DNA of 64,000 nucleotides from an uncultured Acidobacteriota bacterium. GTDB lineage: Bacteria > Acidobacteriota > Thermoanaerobaculia > UBA5066. The notes under the pieces were generated by a model that did not search any database, was not told the DNA's origin, and saw only the letters and a list, made by a program, of their open reading frames with translations. The DNA is taken from positions 11,638 through 75,637 of the forward strand of contig CAWDEX010000003.1 in assembly GCA_963801475.1 (NCBI GenBank), given 5' to 3'. This document shows, one piece after another, positions 48,507 to 58,558 of this stretch. The position numbers and the translations under genes are program-made. Within the stretch, counting starts at the first letter, position 1; every line of letters begins with the position of its first letter.

Positions 48507-49334
48507 ATGACGAAAGCCCGGCTCGCCTTTCTCGTCGTCTTTCTTTGCTCCGGAATCGCCGTCGGCGTCAAGCCCGACAAGCCGGGCTGCGACGACCCGG
48601 CGCTCTTCCCGGTCCGGATGCCGAACTACCGGATCCACGCATGCGAGGTGAAGGAGTTCGACGTTTATGCGTTCCGCGTCGCGAACAGGAAGAAGCAGAC
48701 GGTGGAGGGGAAGTTCACCTTCATCACCTACGTCGTCGATGACCGGAAGGACGACCAGTCCGGCGTCGCCGTCGTCCGGAACTACGAGAACGCCCTGAAG
48801 AAGATCGGCGGCACGGTCCAGGGGTCGGACCCTCAGAGGTGGGTGACCGGCTCGGTCGTCGTCGACGGAAAGGAGTCCTGGATCGAGGCCGAGAAAGGGA
48901 ACTCGGCGATCTGGCTCCGGATCGTCGAGAAACAGGCGATGGCACAGCACGTCGTCGCGGACGCGGCCTCCTTCGGGAACGACATCAGGACGGCGGGACA
49001 CGTGGCGGTCTACGGGATCTACTTCGACACGGCGAAGTCGATCCTGAAGCCCGAGTCGACCCCCGCGCTCCAGCAAGTCGCCAAGCTTCTCGCGGCCGAT
49101 CCGTCGCTGAAGCTCTGGGTCGTCGGGCACACCGACTCGGTCGGGGCGATCGACGGGAACATGAAACTGGCGCAGGCGCGGGCCGAGGCGGTCGTCACGG
49201 CGCTGACGACGGCTCACGGCATCGCGGCCTCGAGGCTGAAGGGTTACGGTATCGGACCCCTCGCCCCCGTCGCCTCGAACGACAGCGACGACGGCCGGGC
49301 GAAGAACCGCCGGGTGGAGTTGGTCAAGCAGTGA
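48507..49334 (+). CDS. OmpA-family protein
   Basis: Signal peptide; GIYFDTAKS, VVGHTD, LAQARAEAV, GRAKNRRVELV; AGGAGG RBS. Confidence 0.93.
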   Translation: MTKARLAFLVVFLCSGIAVGVKPDKPGCDDPALFPVRMPNYRIHACEVKEFDVYAFRVANRKKQTVEGKFTFITYVVDDRKDDQSGVAVVRNYENALKKIGGTVQGSDPQRWVTGSVVVDGKESWIEAEKGNSAIWLRIVEKQAMAQHVVADAASFGNDIRTAGHVAVYGIYFDTAKSILKPESTPALQQVAKLLAADPSLKLWVVGHTDSVGAIDGNMKLAQARAEAVVTALTTAHGIAASRLKGYGIGPLAPVASNDSDDGRAKNRRVELVKQ

Positions 49335-49372
49335 GATCGCACGCCTGACCTGTTCGACCCGGCGTTCCGGCG

Positions 49373-49909
49373 CTACTTCATCCGCGACTTGAGCTTGATC
49401 CGTCCTCCGGTGACCATGAAGTTGCCGCGCCCGAGATGGTGAATCGTCCGCGGGTTCTTCACGGCCGGGTCGATCCAGGCCTCGACGACTTCCAGGACGA
49501 AGAAGCAATACCGGGCCACCATCCTCGTGTCGACCACGCGACATTCGAGATTTGCGAAGCACTCCTCGATGAGGGGTGCGTCGACGCACGAGGCGGGTTT
49601 CGGCGTCAGGCCGAGCTTCGTGAACTTGTCTGTCTTCGCGCCCGACGTATTGCCGCAACCGACGACCTTGTCCGCGATCTCCACGGAAGGGATGTTGAGG
49701 ACGCATGCCCTGGATCTCTTCAGGAGGTCATGGGAATGGTTCCGGTCGCTGATGACGCAGCCCACGAGCGGCGGCTCGAACTCCATCATCGTGTGCCATG
49801 ACATCGTCATGACGTTCGGACGTACGCGGCCCGCCGTCGTGACCAGGACGACCGGTCCGGGCTCGAGCAATCCGTAGACACGGGAGAGAGGGAACCGTTT
49901 CCTGGCCAT
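49373..49909 (-). CDS. Flavin reductase family protein
   Basis: LEPGPVVLVTT, NVMTMSW, CGNTSG..DKF, APLIEEC..LECRV. Confidence 0.92.
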   Translation of the reverse strand: MARKRFPLSRVYGLLEPGPVVLVTTAGRVRPNVMTMSWHTMMEFEPPLVGCVISDRNHSHDLLKRSRACVLNIPSVEIADKVVGCGNTSGAKTDKFTKLGLTPKPASCVDAPLIEECFANLECRVVDTRMVARYCFFVLEVVEAWIDPAVKNPRTIHHLGRGNFMVTGGRIKLKSRMK

Positions 49910-49944
49910 GTCAGGTCGACGTCCCGGCGACGCGTGTCGCGCCG

Positions 49945-52074
49945 TCAGGTGGCCTGCTCTCTGGCGGCCAGAGCTTCCTTCACGCGCGCGGGCGTGAACG
50001 GCATCTCGAAGAGCCGGGCGCCGGTGGCGTCGAAGATGGCGTTCGCGACGACCGCTCCCACCGGAACGAGGGCCGGCTCACCCCCTCCCTGTGGCGTCAA
50101 CTCGTCGTTCTTCACGAGAACGGTCTCGATCTCGGGCATCCCCGAGAACCGCGGCAGCTCGTACGTGTCGAAGTTCTTCGTGAGGATCCGGCCGCCGTTG
50201 AAGCGGACTTCCTCGGTGAGGGTGTACCCGAGGCCCATCATGATGCAGCCTTCCACCTGCATCGTCGCGCCGTCGGGGTTGATGACGACGCCCATGTCCT
50301 GGGCGCAGACGATTCGCCCGACCTTGACCCTCCCGGTCGCGGCGTCCACTTTCACGTCGGCCATCAGGGCCACGTAGGTCCCGGCGTCGATGCCACAGGC
50401 CACCCCGACGCCTCGTCCGCTGGGCCCTGCAGCCTTCTTCCAGCCGAACCGCCCGGCGGCGGCTTCGAGGACGCCGCGCATCCGGCTGTCGGAAGTGTTG
50501 TTCAGCCGGAATTCGAGCGGATCGACCTTGACCTTCGCCGCCATCGTGTCGATCTGCGACTCCCGCGCGAAGACGTTGACGTTGGCCCCCGGAGCGCGCC
50601 ACGGACCGGTGGCGAAGAGATGCATCTTCGGGGTGTCGCTTCCCCATCGCCCGTACGAGCGGAGGAGGTTGTGCGGCACGTCGTAGAACTGCTCGGCTCC
50701 CCTCGATCCGGCCGCCCAGACGCCGTAGTCCCAGAGGCAGATCCGCCCGTCGGCATCGATCCCCGACGTGATCTTCACGACCGCGGCCGGCCGGAACGTG
50801 TCGAGGAAGAACTCCTCGGCGCGGCTCCAGGCGACCTGCACCGGTCTTCCCGTGATCTTCGCCAGCTTCGCGGCCTCGACCGACTGCGGGCCCGCGCTCT
50901 TCCCGCCGAAGCCGCCTCCCACGAACGGAGTGAGGACGCGGACGTTCTCCTTCGGGAGACCGAGGGCCTGCGCGACCGCCTGCTGCGTCCCGAAGGGCGA
51001 CTGCGTCGCGGCCCAGACGGTCATCGTTCCGTCCTCGAACCGGGCGAGGGAGGTGTGCGGCTCCATCGGTGCGTGCGCACCGTAGCCGTTGAGGTACTTC
51101 CCCTCGAAGAGGGTCTTCGAGATTCTCCGCCCCTCCGAGAGGTCTCCCTTCTTTCCGGACTCCTGCCCGGCGCCCCCCGAGGCGAGGAGGTGGTCGAAGA
51201 CGGTCCGGTCGTCGAAGGCGGGAGCGGGGACGTCCCACCCGGCCTTCACGAGGGCGAGGGCCTTCTCGGCGGCCTCGGGGTCCTTGTGAAGGACGGCGAC
51301 GATCCCGCCCTCGTTCACGACGAGGGCTCCGGGGACGTGCGCGGCGGCTGACGTGTCGAGGCTCTTCTGCAGGGCGCCGTGTGCCGGCGGCCGGAGGACC
51401 TTCGCGTAGAGCATGCCGGGTACGCGGACGTCCCCGGCGAAGAGGGCCTTCCCCGTCACCTTTTCGCGGGCGTCGCGGCGCTTCTCGGGAAGTCCCATGA
51501 CCCGGAACTCGGCCACCGACTTCGTCACGACCTTCCCGTCCAGCTTCCGGACGATCTTCTGCCCCCTCGCGAGATCGCCATACGTGACCCGGGTCTTCGG
51601 GTCGGTGGCGACGGAGATGACGCCGTCCGCGACGCGGAGCGCCGCCGGGGGCGTCTTCAGCTGCTCCGAAGCGAGCGTGAGGAGAACGGCCTTCGCTTCC
51701 GCGGCCGCCCCTCGCAGGGCGGGGCCGAAAAAGCGGATCGACATCGAGCCCCACGTTCCGGCATCGTACGGGCAGAGGGCCGTGTCCCCCATGACCATGT
51801 CGATCGAATCGAGGGAGACGGCCAGCTCGTCCGCCGCCATCTGCGCGAGGGACGTGACGACCCCCTGTCCCATCTCGATCTTCCCGGAGTAGACCGTGAC
51901 CTTCCCGTCGGCGGCGATCCTCAGATAGGCGTTGAAGTCGGTCGGGTAGCCGCGGGCCCGGGACTCCTGACCGAGAAGCTCCGAGAGGTCGGTCGCGAAG
52001 AGGACGATGATCCCGCCGCCGAGGAGGCGGACGAAGTCGCGGCGGTCGATCTCGAGGGCGGCGCGGTCGGTCAT
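49945..52074 (-). CDS. Xanthine-oxidase-family molybdopterin subunit (IorB-like)
   Basis: Tat-like DRRDFV, KIEMGQG, HAPMEP, GGGFGGK, WRAPG, QVEG, GGGEP. Confidence 0.93.
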   Translation of the reverse strand: MTDRAALEIDRRDFVRLLGGGIIVLFATDLSELLGQESRARGYPTDFNAYLRIAADGKVTVYSGKIEMGQGVVTSLAQMAADELAVSLDSIDMVMGDTALCPYDAGTWGSMSIRFFGPALRGAAAEAKAVLLTLASEQLKTPPAALRVADGVISVATDPKTRVTYGDLARGQKIVRKLDGKVVTKSVAEFRVMGLPEKRRDAREKVTGKALFAGDVRVPGMLYAKVLRPPAHGALQKSLDTSAAAHVPGALVVNEGGIVAVLHKDPEAAEKALALVKAGWDVPAPAFDDRTVFDHLLASGGAGQESGKKGDLSEGRRISKTLFEGKYLNGYGAHAPMEPHTSLARFEDGTMTVWAATQSPFGTQQAVAQALGLPKENVRVLTPFVGGGFGGKSAGPQSVEAAKLAKITGRPVQVAWSRAEEFFLDTFRPAAVVKITSGIDADGRICLWDYGVWAAGSRGAEQFYDVPHNLLRSYGRWGSDTPKMHLFATGPWRAPGANVNVFARESQIDTMAAKVKVDPLEFRLNNTSDSRMRGVLEAAAGRFGWKKAAGPSGRGVGVACGIDAGTYVALMADVKVDAATGRVKVGRIVCAQDMGVVINPDGATMQVEGCIMMGLGYTLTEEVRFNGGRILTKNFDTYELPRFSGMPEIETVLVKNDELTPQGGGEPALVPVGAVVANAIFDATGARLFEMPFTPARVKEALAAREQAT

Positions 52075-52547
52075 GACGCACCTCCCGTCCGCGCGGAAGC
52101 CTGCTCGATTGCCTTCACGATCCGGTGATGGGCCGCGCAGCGGCAGAGGTTGTCGTCCATCGCCGTCACGATCTGGCTCCGGGTCGGCTTCGGGGTCTTC
52201 AGGAGGAGGGCGTAGGCGTTCATGATCATCCCGGGCGTGCAGAAACCGCACTGCAGCCCGCCGACGTCGGCGAAGGCTTCCTGGAGCGGGTGGAGCTTTC
52301 CGTTCTGCTCCAGCCCCTCGATCGTCGTGACGTCTTTTCCCCGGACGGCTCTTGCCGGGAGCTGACACGACCGGACCGCCTCCTTGCCGACGACGACGGT
52401 GCAGGCGCCGCAGAGGCTCTCCCCGCACCCGTACTTGGTTCCCGTGAGGCCGAGGTCGGTGCGCAGAAGCCAGAGAAGCGTTCGGTCGCCGTCGACTTCC
52501 AGCTGGACGGGCTTTCCGTTGAGGCGGAACGAGACGGATTCTTTCAT
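52071..52547 (-). CDS. (2Fe-2S)-binding small subunit (IorA/CoxS-like)
   Basis: GTKYGCGESLCGACTV, QCGFCTPG, NLCRC; ATGA overlap. Confidence 0.95.
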   Translation of the reverse strand: MKESVSFRLNGKPVQLEVDGDRTLLWLLRTDLGLTGTKYGCGESLCGACTVVVGKEAVRSCQLPARAVRGKDVTTIEGLEQNGKLHPLQEAFADVGGLQCGFCTPGMIMNAYALLLKTPKPTRSQIVTAMDDNLCRCAAHHRIVKAIEQASARTGGAS

Positions 52548-52894
52548 CGGAATCCTCCCTGTCGCGGAAACGATACAGCGAGAATCAGGAGTTCGGCACA
52601 GGCTTGTCGGACGACGGCTTCTTCCCGGGAGGCACCTGGACCTTCTCGGGGGGTGCTTTCCGGACGTTCGGATACGGCTCAGCGACGGCGTGGCTCCCCG
52701 GCGCGATACGGCGCCCAGCCGGAGACGACGACGCGAGGCGTCCAGGCCCAGCCGTATTCCGGTATCCGCTCCCAGCGCCCGCGAGGCCCGGAAAAAGGGA
52801 ACGGGACAGGAGGGCGGGACGTGTCGCCATGGGGAGCCTCCGGCGGAGAGGTGGCGCGGCCGTTCCGGCGACCGCCGTTGTCGTTCTGCGCCCC

Positions 52895-52912
52895 TTGTGA
52901 CGGCCGTCACAA
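52895..52912. promoter_or_regulatory. Perfect CRP/FNR-family-type palindrome
   Basis: TTGTGA-CGGCCG-TCACAA (TGTGA-N6-TCACA) between the divergent iorA-like and DUF1800 genes; TAGGAT at 52941. Confidence 0.65.
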
Positions 52913-52989
52913 CACGGCGCCGCGGCGTCGTCCCGTCGCGTAGGATTACGCATCCTGAGACTCAGTACCAGAAAACGGGAGGTGCGTGG

Positions 52990-54732
52990 ATGGATCGAAA
53001 AGCGACGTGCGCCGCGGGCCGTCGTCCTGCCCGTTCCCGAAGCGGCCGTGGTCGAAACGGCCTTGCGGCCCTCGTGCTGGCCGGGGCGCTGATCTCTCTC
53101 CCGGGTGCCGCCCAGCCCCCGGCGCCGCTCAGGACGGCCGCCACGGGCCTTCAGCCCGACACGGTCCAATCCACGGGCGACGTGGTCCGGTTCCTCGAGC
53201 AGGCGACGTTCGGGCCGACGGCCGCTCTCGTTCAGGAGGTCCAGGGTCTCGGAGTGAAAGCCTGGCTCGACCGGCAGCTCGCCGCGAAACAGTCCTTGTA
53301 TCCGGCGCTGCCGGCGATGCCGGCAAGCTCCTCCACCGGCTGCCCTGCCGGGAGCCCGCCCACCTGCGTCCGCGACAACTACACCCTGTACCCGCTCCAG
53401 GTGCGGTTCTTCCGGAACGCCCTCGAGAAAGACGACCAGCTCCGTCAGCGCGTCGCCCTCGCGCTCCACGAGATCCTCGTCGTTTCGGGGCTCAAGGTAA
53501 CGCAACCCAGCCAGATGGCGCCGTACCTGAACATGCTCCTGGACGATGCCTTCGAGAACTACCGGAAGATCCTCTACGACCTGACCCTGAATCCGGCGAT
53601 GGGCCGCTACCTCGACATGGTCAACAACGACGCCCCGACGCCGACGTCGAACGTCGCGCCGAACGAAAACTACGCCCGCGAGGTCCTTCAGCTGTTCTCG
53701 ATCGGCGTGGACCTCCTCAATCCGGACGGAACGCCGCGGCTCGACCTGACGGGCAACTTCATCCCGGCCTACACGCAGGACAACATCGAGGACTTCGCGC
53801 ACGTCTTCACTGGATGGACCTACGCGCCGATTCCGCCGGCCCCGTCCGTGAAGCACAACCCGCCGAATTTCCTCGCGCCGATGGTCCTCTACCGTAATGC
53901 GTCGGGAAAGGACACGAACCACGACAAGGGGGGCAAACTCCTTCTCGACTATCCGGGAGCCGTGCACTCTACGCTGTCCGAGGGCGGAGATGGCGAGGTG
54001 GAGCTGAACGCGGCGATCGACAACATCTTCCACCACCCCAACGTGGGGCCGTTCATCTGCAAACAGCTGATCCAGCATCTCGTGACGTCGAACCCGAGCC
54101 CGGCCTACGTCGCGCGCGTCTCCCGGGCCTTCGAATCCAACATCGCGGGCGTTCGGGGAGACATGAAGGCGGTCCTCACGGCGATCCTCCTCGACCCCGA
54201 GGCCCGGGGTCCGGCCCGGGACGAACCCACTTACGGCCATCTGCGGGAGCCGGTACTCTTCATCACGAATCTCCTCCGCGCGGTCGGTGCCTCGAGCGAC
54301 GGGATCCTCGCGCCGCAGGCGAGCGCCCTGGGGCAGACCCTGTTCTACCCGGCGACGGTCTTCAGCTACTTCCCGTACGACTTCGAGCTGACCGGGACGG
54401 ACCTCGTCGGGCCGGAGTTCGGCGTCCAGACCTCGCTCTCTGCGATCAACAGGGCCAACCTGGTCAATACCCTGGTGTTCTCGCACGTTCAGCCGCCGGC
54501 GCCCGATCCCGGAACGGCTCTCGACCTCGCGCCCCTGGGGCTCCTCGCCGGGGACCCGGCTGCCCTCGTCGGGTCCCTGAACCAGCTCCTGATGCACGGC
54601 GCGATGCCCCCCGACATGAAATCGACCGTCACGAACGCCGTCGCGACGATTCCCGCAACGAACCTGCTCCTCCGGGTCCAGACCGCTCTCTATCTGGTGG
54701 CGAGTTCCTCGCAATACCAGGTGCAGCGCTGA
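52990..54732 (+). CDS. DUF1800 family protein
   Basis: RFLEQATFGPT, DQLRQRVALAL, PAMGRYL, PNENYAREVLQLFSIG, LVTSNPSPAYV, LREP. Confidence 0.93.
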   Translation: MDRKATCAAGRRPARSRSGRGRNGLAALVLAGALISLPGAAQPPAPLRTAATGLQPDTVQSTGDVVRFLEQATFGPTAALVQEVQGLGVKAWLDRQLAAKQSLYPALPAMPASSSTGCPAGSPPTCVRDNYTLYPLQVRFFRNALEKDDQLRQRVALALHEILVVSGLKVTQPSQMAPYLNMLLDDAFENYRKILYDLTLNPAMGRYLDMVNNDAPTPTSNVAPNENYAREVLQLFSIGVDLLNPDGTPRLDLTGNFIPAYTQDNIEDFAHVFTGWTYAPIPPAPSVKHNPPNFLAPMVLYRNASGKDTNHDKGGKLLLDYPGAVHSTLSEGGDGEVELNAAIDNIFHHPNVGPFICKQLIQHLVTSNPSPAYVARVSRAFESNIAGVRGDMKAVLTAILLDPEARGPARDEPTYGHLREPVLFITNLLRAVGASSDGILAPQASALGQTLFYPATVFSYFPYDFELTGTDLVGPEFGVQTSLSAINRANLVNTLVFSHVQPPAPDPGTALDLAPLGLLAGDPAALVGSLNQLLMHGAMPPDMKSTVTNAVATIPATNLLLRVQTALYLVASSSQYQVQR

Positions 54733-54744
54733 CGAGGTGATGCG

Positions 54745-56088
54745 ATGAGAACACGCCGGGAGTTTGTCCGCGATCTCGGCTGCGGGCTCGGAGCCGCGGC
54801 CTTCCTCTCCGCCGTCGACCGGTTTTCGCGCCTCGAGGCGGCGATGGCCACCGCGACCGACTACAAGGCCCTGGTCTGTGTCTTTCTCTACGGCGGAAAC
54901 GACGGAAACAACACGGTCGTTCCGTACGACGAGTACGCCGCGTACCAGGCGGTGCGCGGCACGGCGCTGAATCTCCCGAAGGCGTCGATCCTGAAAGTCG
55001 ACGCCCCCAGCCAGGGAGCGGCGTTCGGCCTTCATTCGGCCCTCACGGACTTCCAGTCGCTCTACGGGCAGGGAAAGCTGGCCGTCGTGGCGAACGTCGG
55101 CACGCTGGCGGCGCCCGTGACGAGGTCGCAGTTCCTCTCGGGTTCCGTCCGGCCGGACAGCCTCTTCTCGCACTCCAACCAGCAGACGCAGTGGCAGTCC
55201 TCCATCGTCATGAGCCAGGACCGGCTCTCGCAGACCGGATGGGGAGGCCGGACGGCGGACGCCCTCACCTCTCTCAACGGCACGAGCTTCCCGATGATCG
55301 TCTCGACGTCGGGAATTCCGGTCTTCACCCAGGGCGTCGTTTCGCGTCCGCTCGTCCCCGGCGCCTCGCTGCAGGGGTTTCCGGGCGGGAACGCCGTCGC
55401 CGCGGCGCGCCTCGCCGCGTTCCGGGAGCTGCTGACCCTGGAGAACGACCAGACGCTCGTCGGCGCGGCGAGCTCGGTGACGTCCTCGGCGATCGCCAAC
55501 ACCGCGCTCCTGAACGCGGCTCTCGCCAAGGGGGCGACTCTCAATACGACCTTCCCGGGCACCTCCATCGGTCGCCAGCTCCAGCAGGTCGCGGGCATCC
55601 TCTCGGTCCGGACCGAGCTGAGGCTCAACCGGCAGATCTTCTTCGTCTCGCTCGGCGGCTTCGACACGCACACGAACGAGATCAGCACACACCAGACTCT
55701 TTTCACCCAGTTGAACGCGGCGGTGAAGGCGTTCTACGACGCGACGGTCGAGCTCGGCGTCGCCCACTCCGTCACGACCTTCACGCTGTCGGACTTCGGC
55801 CGGACGTTCCAGCCGGCCTCGGGCGGGGGGAGCGACCACGCCTGGGGCAGCCACCATTTCGTCCTCGGCGGATCGGTAAGGGGCGGGAACTTCTACGGGA
55901 CCTTCCCGAGCCTCGCCCTCAAGGGACCCGACGACTCCTCGAGCGAAGGGCGGTGGATTCCGACGACGTCGGTCGACCAGTACGCCGCGACGCTGGCCCA
56001 GTGGTTCGGGCTCGACGGGCGTTCGGTGCCCTCCGTCTTCCCGAACATCGGGCGCTTCGCGTCGAGCCACCTCGGGTTCCTGCCGTAG
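54745..56088 (+). CDS. DUF1501 family protein (Tat signal)
   Basis: TRREFV, DYKALVCVFLYGGNDG, LFSHS.QQ, GGFDTH, SDFGR, GSDHAWG. Confidence 0.93.
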   Translation: MRTRREFVRDLGCGLGAAAFLSAVDRFSRLEAAMATATDYKALVCVFLYGGNDGNNTVVPYDEYAAYQAVRGTALNLPKASILKVDAPSQGAAFGLHSALTDFQSLYGQGKLAVVANVGTLAAPVTRSQFLSGSVRPDSLFSHSNQQTQWQSSIVMSQDRLSQTGWGGRTADALTSLNGTSFPMIVSTSGIPVFTQGVVSRPLVPGASLQGFPGGNAVAAARLAAFRELLTLENDQTLVGAASSVTSSAIANTALLNAALAKGATLNTTFPGTSIGRQLQQVAGILSVRTELRLNRQIFFVSLGGFDTHTNEISTHQTLFTQLNAAVKAFYDATVELGVAHSVTTFTLSDFGRTFQPASGGGSDHAWGSHHFVLGGSVRGGNFYGTFPSLALKGPDDSSSEGRWIPTTSVDQYAATLAQWFGLDGRSVPSVFPNIGRFASSHLGFLP

Positions 56089-56174
56089 CCGACGACCCCT
56101 CCGGAGCGGACCGGGGGGCCCGGGACCCGGGAGACGGACTTGATATGTAGAATCCGTCTCAACGGGGGTCGTCC

Positions 56175-57050
56175 ATGTCGCTGCTCGTCAAGTTCAACGT
56201 GATCCTCGTGGTCGTCTTCGCGCTGGCTCTCGTGCCGGCGGGCTGGCTGTCGCACGACCTGCTTCAGGAGAGCGCGCGAACGCAGGTGATCCAGAACGCC
56301 CGAATCATGATGCAGACCGCGCTCGCGACGCGGACCTACACGAACAAGCAGATCAAGCCGCTTCTCGCGCCCCGGCTGGCCGAGGAGTTTCTGCCGCAGT
56401 CGGTTCCGGCGTACTCGGCGACGGAGATCTTCAACTACCTCCGCGAGAGCCACCCCGAATACACCTACAAGGAAGCGACGCTCAACCCGACGAATCCCCG
56501 CGACCGGACCGTGGACTGGGAGGCGGACATCGTCAACGCCTTCCGCGCGGACGGGAAGCTGAAGGAGATCATCGGCGAGCGGGACGGCCCGCTGGGGCGT
56601 TCGCTCTACCTCGCCCGCCCGATCCAGATCACGGACGCCGGGTGCCTCTCGTGTCACACCGCGCCGGACCAGACGCCGGCTTCGGTCGTGAAGGCGTACG
56701 GCACCTCGGGCGGCTACGGCTGGAAGCTGAACGAGATCATCGGCGCCCAGCTGGTCGCCGTGCCGATGGCGGTTCCGGTCGCCATGGCGAAGTCGGCCTT
56801 CCACACGCTCCTCACGACCCTCGTGGCCGTCTTCGTCGTGACCCTTCTCATCCTGAACGTCCTCCTGTCGGTCTTCGTCATCCGGCCCCTGAAACTGCTC
56901 GCCCGGACGGCGGACCGGGTCTCGACAGGTGACCTGGAGGCGCCGGACGTCGTTCTCAAGGGAAGGGACGAGGTGGCGGCCCTCGCGGGCTCCTTCACGC
57001 GGATGCGGATCAGCCTGACGAAGGCGCTCAAGATGCTCGAGAACGAGTGA
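56175..57050 (+). CDS. DUF3365 heme-c periplasmic sensor with HAMP domain and no output domain
   Basis: 2 TMs, EATLNPTNPRD, CLSCH, GWKLNEIIGA, RPLK..DEVAAL..F.RM. Confidence 0.9.
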   Translation: MSLLVKFNVILVVVFALALVPAGWLSHDLLQESARTQVIQNARIMMQTALATRTYTNKQIKPLLAPRLAEEFLPQSVPAYSATEIFNYLRESHPEYTYKEATLNPTNPRDRTVDWEADIVNAFRADGKLKEIIGERDGPLGRSLYLARPIQITDAGCLSCHTAPDQTPASVVKAYGTSGGYGWKLNEIIGAQLVAVPMAVPVAMAKSAFHTLLTTLVAVFVVTLLILNVLLSVFVIRPLKLLARTADRVSTGDLEAPDVVLKGRDEVAALAGSFTRMRISLTKALKMLENE

Positions 57051-57068
57051 GCGGGGGACGACTCTCCA

Positions 57069-58535
57069 GTGTCTGAGGCGGGGCTGTCGAGATCACGCTT
57101 CGGCGACTACCAGATCCTGGACGAGCTGGGGGCGGGCGGCATGGGAAAGGTCTACCGGGCCCGCGACGTGTCGCTCGAGCGGGTCGTCGCCCTGAAGGTC
57201 CTCCCGGCGGGGCACGCCAAGGACCCGACCTTCGTCCAGCGCTTCGTGAAGGAAGCGCGGGCGGCGGCCCGCCTGAACCATCCGAATATCGTCCAGATCT
57301 ACAACTTCGGCTCTGTCGAAGGGACCTACTACCTCGCGATGGAGTTCGTGGACGGGCGCTCGCTGGGAAGTCACCTCCGGGAGCGCCGCTTCACCGAGGC
57401 GGAGGCGATCGGAATCGCCCGGCAGGTCTGCAAGGCGCTCGCGGTCGCGCACGCGGAGGGCCTCATTCACCGCGACATCAAGCCGGACAACCTGATGCTC
57501 ACGACCCGCGGCGAGGTGAAGCTCGTCGACCTCGGCATCGCGAAACGGCTGGACGAGGACCAGGCGATCACGCAGACCGGCCACTCCATGGGGACGCCGC
57601 ATTACATCTCTCCGGAACAGATCCGCGGGCAGAAGGACATCGACGCCCGCGCCGACATCTACTCGCTCGGCGCCACGCTGTATCACCTCGTGACGGGTCA
57701 CACGCCCTACCAGGGGAGCTCCGGCGCCGTCGTGATGTCGATGCACCTCGTGGAGCCGCTCCCGGACCCTCTCCAGTACGCCCCGGGACTCTCGGAGGGG
57801 TTCTGCCGCGTGCTCCGGAAGATGCTGGCGAAGGACAGGCAGGAACGCTATTCCGACGTGGCGGCGCTCGAGGTGGACCTCTTCCGGCTCCACGTCGGAC
57901 AGACGCCCCGGCCGAGCGAGCCGACCGCTCCGGTATTCCGGTCGACCGCCGACGCCACGCTCGACCTGAACGCGGCGCAGAGGGCTCTCATTGATCCGGT
58001 CGTACTCCTCCGGATCGAAGAGAGCCTCGCCGTCTTGGTCGGCCCGATGGCGCGGATCCTCGTCCGGAGGGCAGCCCGGTCGGCGCCCTCACTCGAAGCG
58101 CTCTGCGAGGAACTGGCCCGGCAGCTCGATCCGGGGAGCGTCCGGGACGCTTTCCTCGCGAAATGCCGTGCGTGCGGAAAGGAGACCCCGTCGCCCGGGA
58201 AGCCGCCGACGGGTCCGGGGAAGACGCCAGCGGCCGACGGACGGACGCCGGCCGGCGAAGCGACGCCGTCCCTGTCGCCGCCCCCGCGCACGCCGACGCC
58301 TTCGTCCTCGGACCCTGGGGCCTCCCGGACCCCTTCGGGATTCAGTGAGCCGGATCTCGCTCGGCTGGAGGCAGCGCTCGCTCAACAGATCGGCCCGCTC
58401 GCAAGGATCCTCCTGAAGAAGGCGTTGAAGCACGCGACGACGCTCTCGGGCCTGGCGTCGGCGCTCGAGGAGAACATCCCGGGCGAAGAAGGACGCCGCG
58501 CCTTCCGGGAAATCGTCCGCAAGCTGACGCCCTGA
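57069..58535 (+). CDS. Ser/Thr protein kinase with duplicated C-terminal helical domain
   Basis: LGAGGMG, HRDIKPDN, DLG, GTPHYISPEQ; LA..(V/I)GP(M/L)ARIL repeat twice. Confidence 0.93.
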   Translation: MSEAGLSRSRFGDYQILDELGAGGMGKVYRARDVSLERVVALKVLPAGHAKDPTFVQRFVKEARAAARLNHPNIVQIYNFGSVEGTYYLAMEFVDGRSLGSHLRERRFTEAEAIGIARQVCKALAVAHAEGLIHRDIKPDNLMLTTRGEVKLVDLGIAKRLDEDQAITQTGHSMGTPHYISPEQIRGQKDIDARADIYSLGATLYHLVTGHTPYQGSSGAVVMSMHLVEPLPDPLQYAPGLSEGFCRVLRKMLAKDRQERYSDVAALEVDLFRLHVGQTPRPSEPTAPVFRSTADATLDLNAAQRALIDPVVLLRIEESLAVLVGPMARILVRRAARSAPSLEALCEELARQLDPGSVRDAFLAKCRACGKETPSPGKPPTGPGKTPAADGRTPAGEATPSLSPPPRTPTPSSSDPGASRTPSGFSEPDLARLEAALAQQIGPLARILLKKALKHATTLSGLASALEENIPGEEGRRAFREIVRKLTP

Positions 58536-58558
58536 CCCGTCGGTCCGCCGACCGGACC

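Noticed and set aside
52585-56070. 1161-aa minus-strand ORF (also 14798..16942, 39670..41745, 59998..61593)
   Set aside because: Antisense shadows of well-supported genes, expected at this GC and codon bias.
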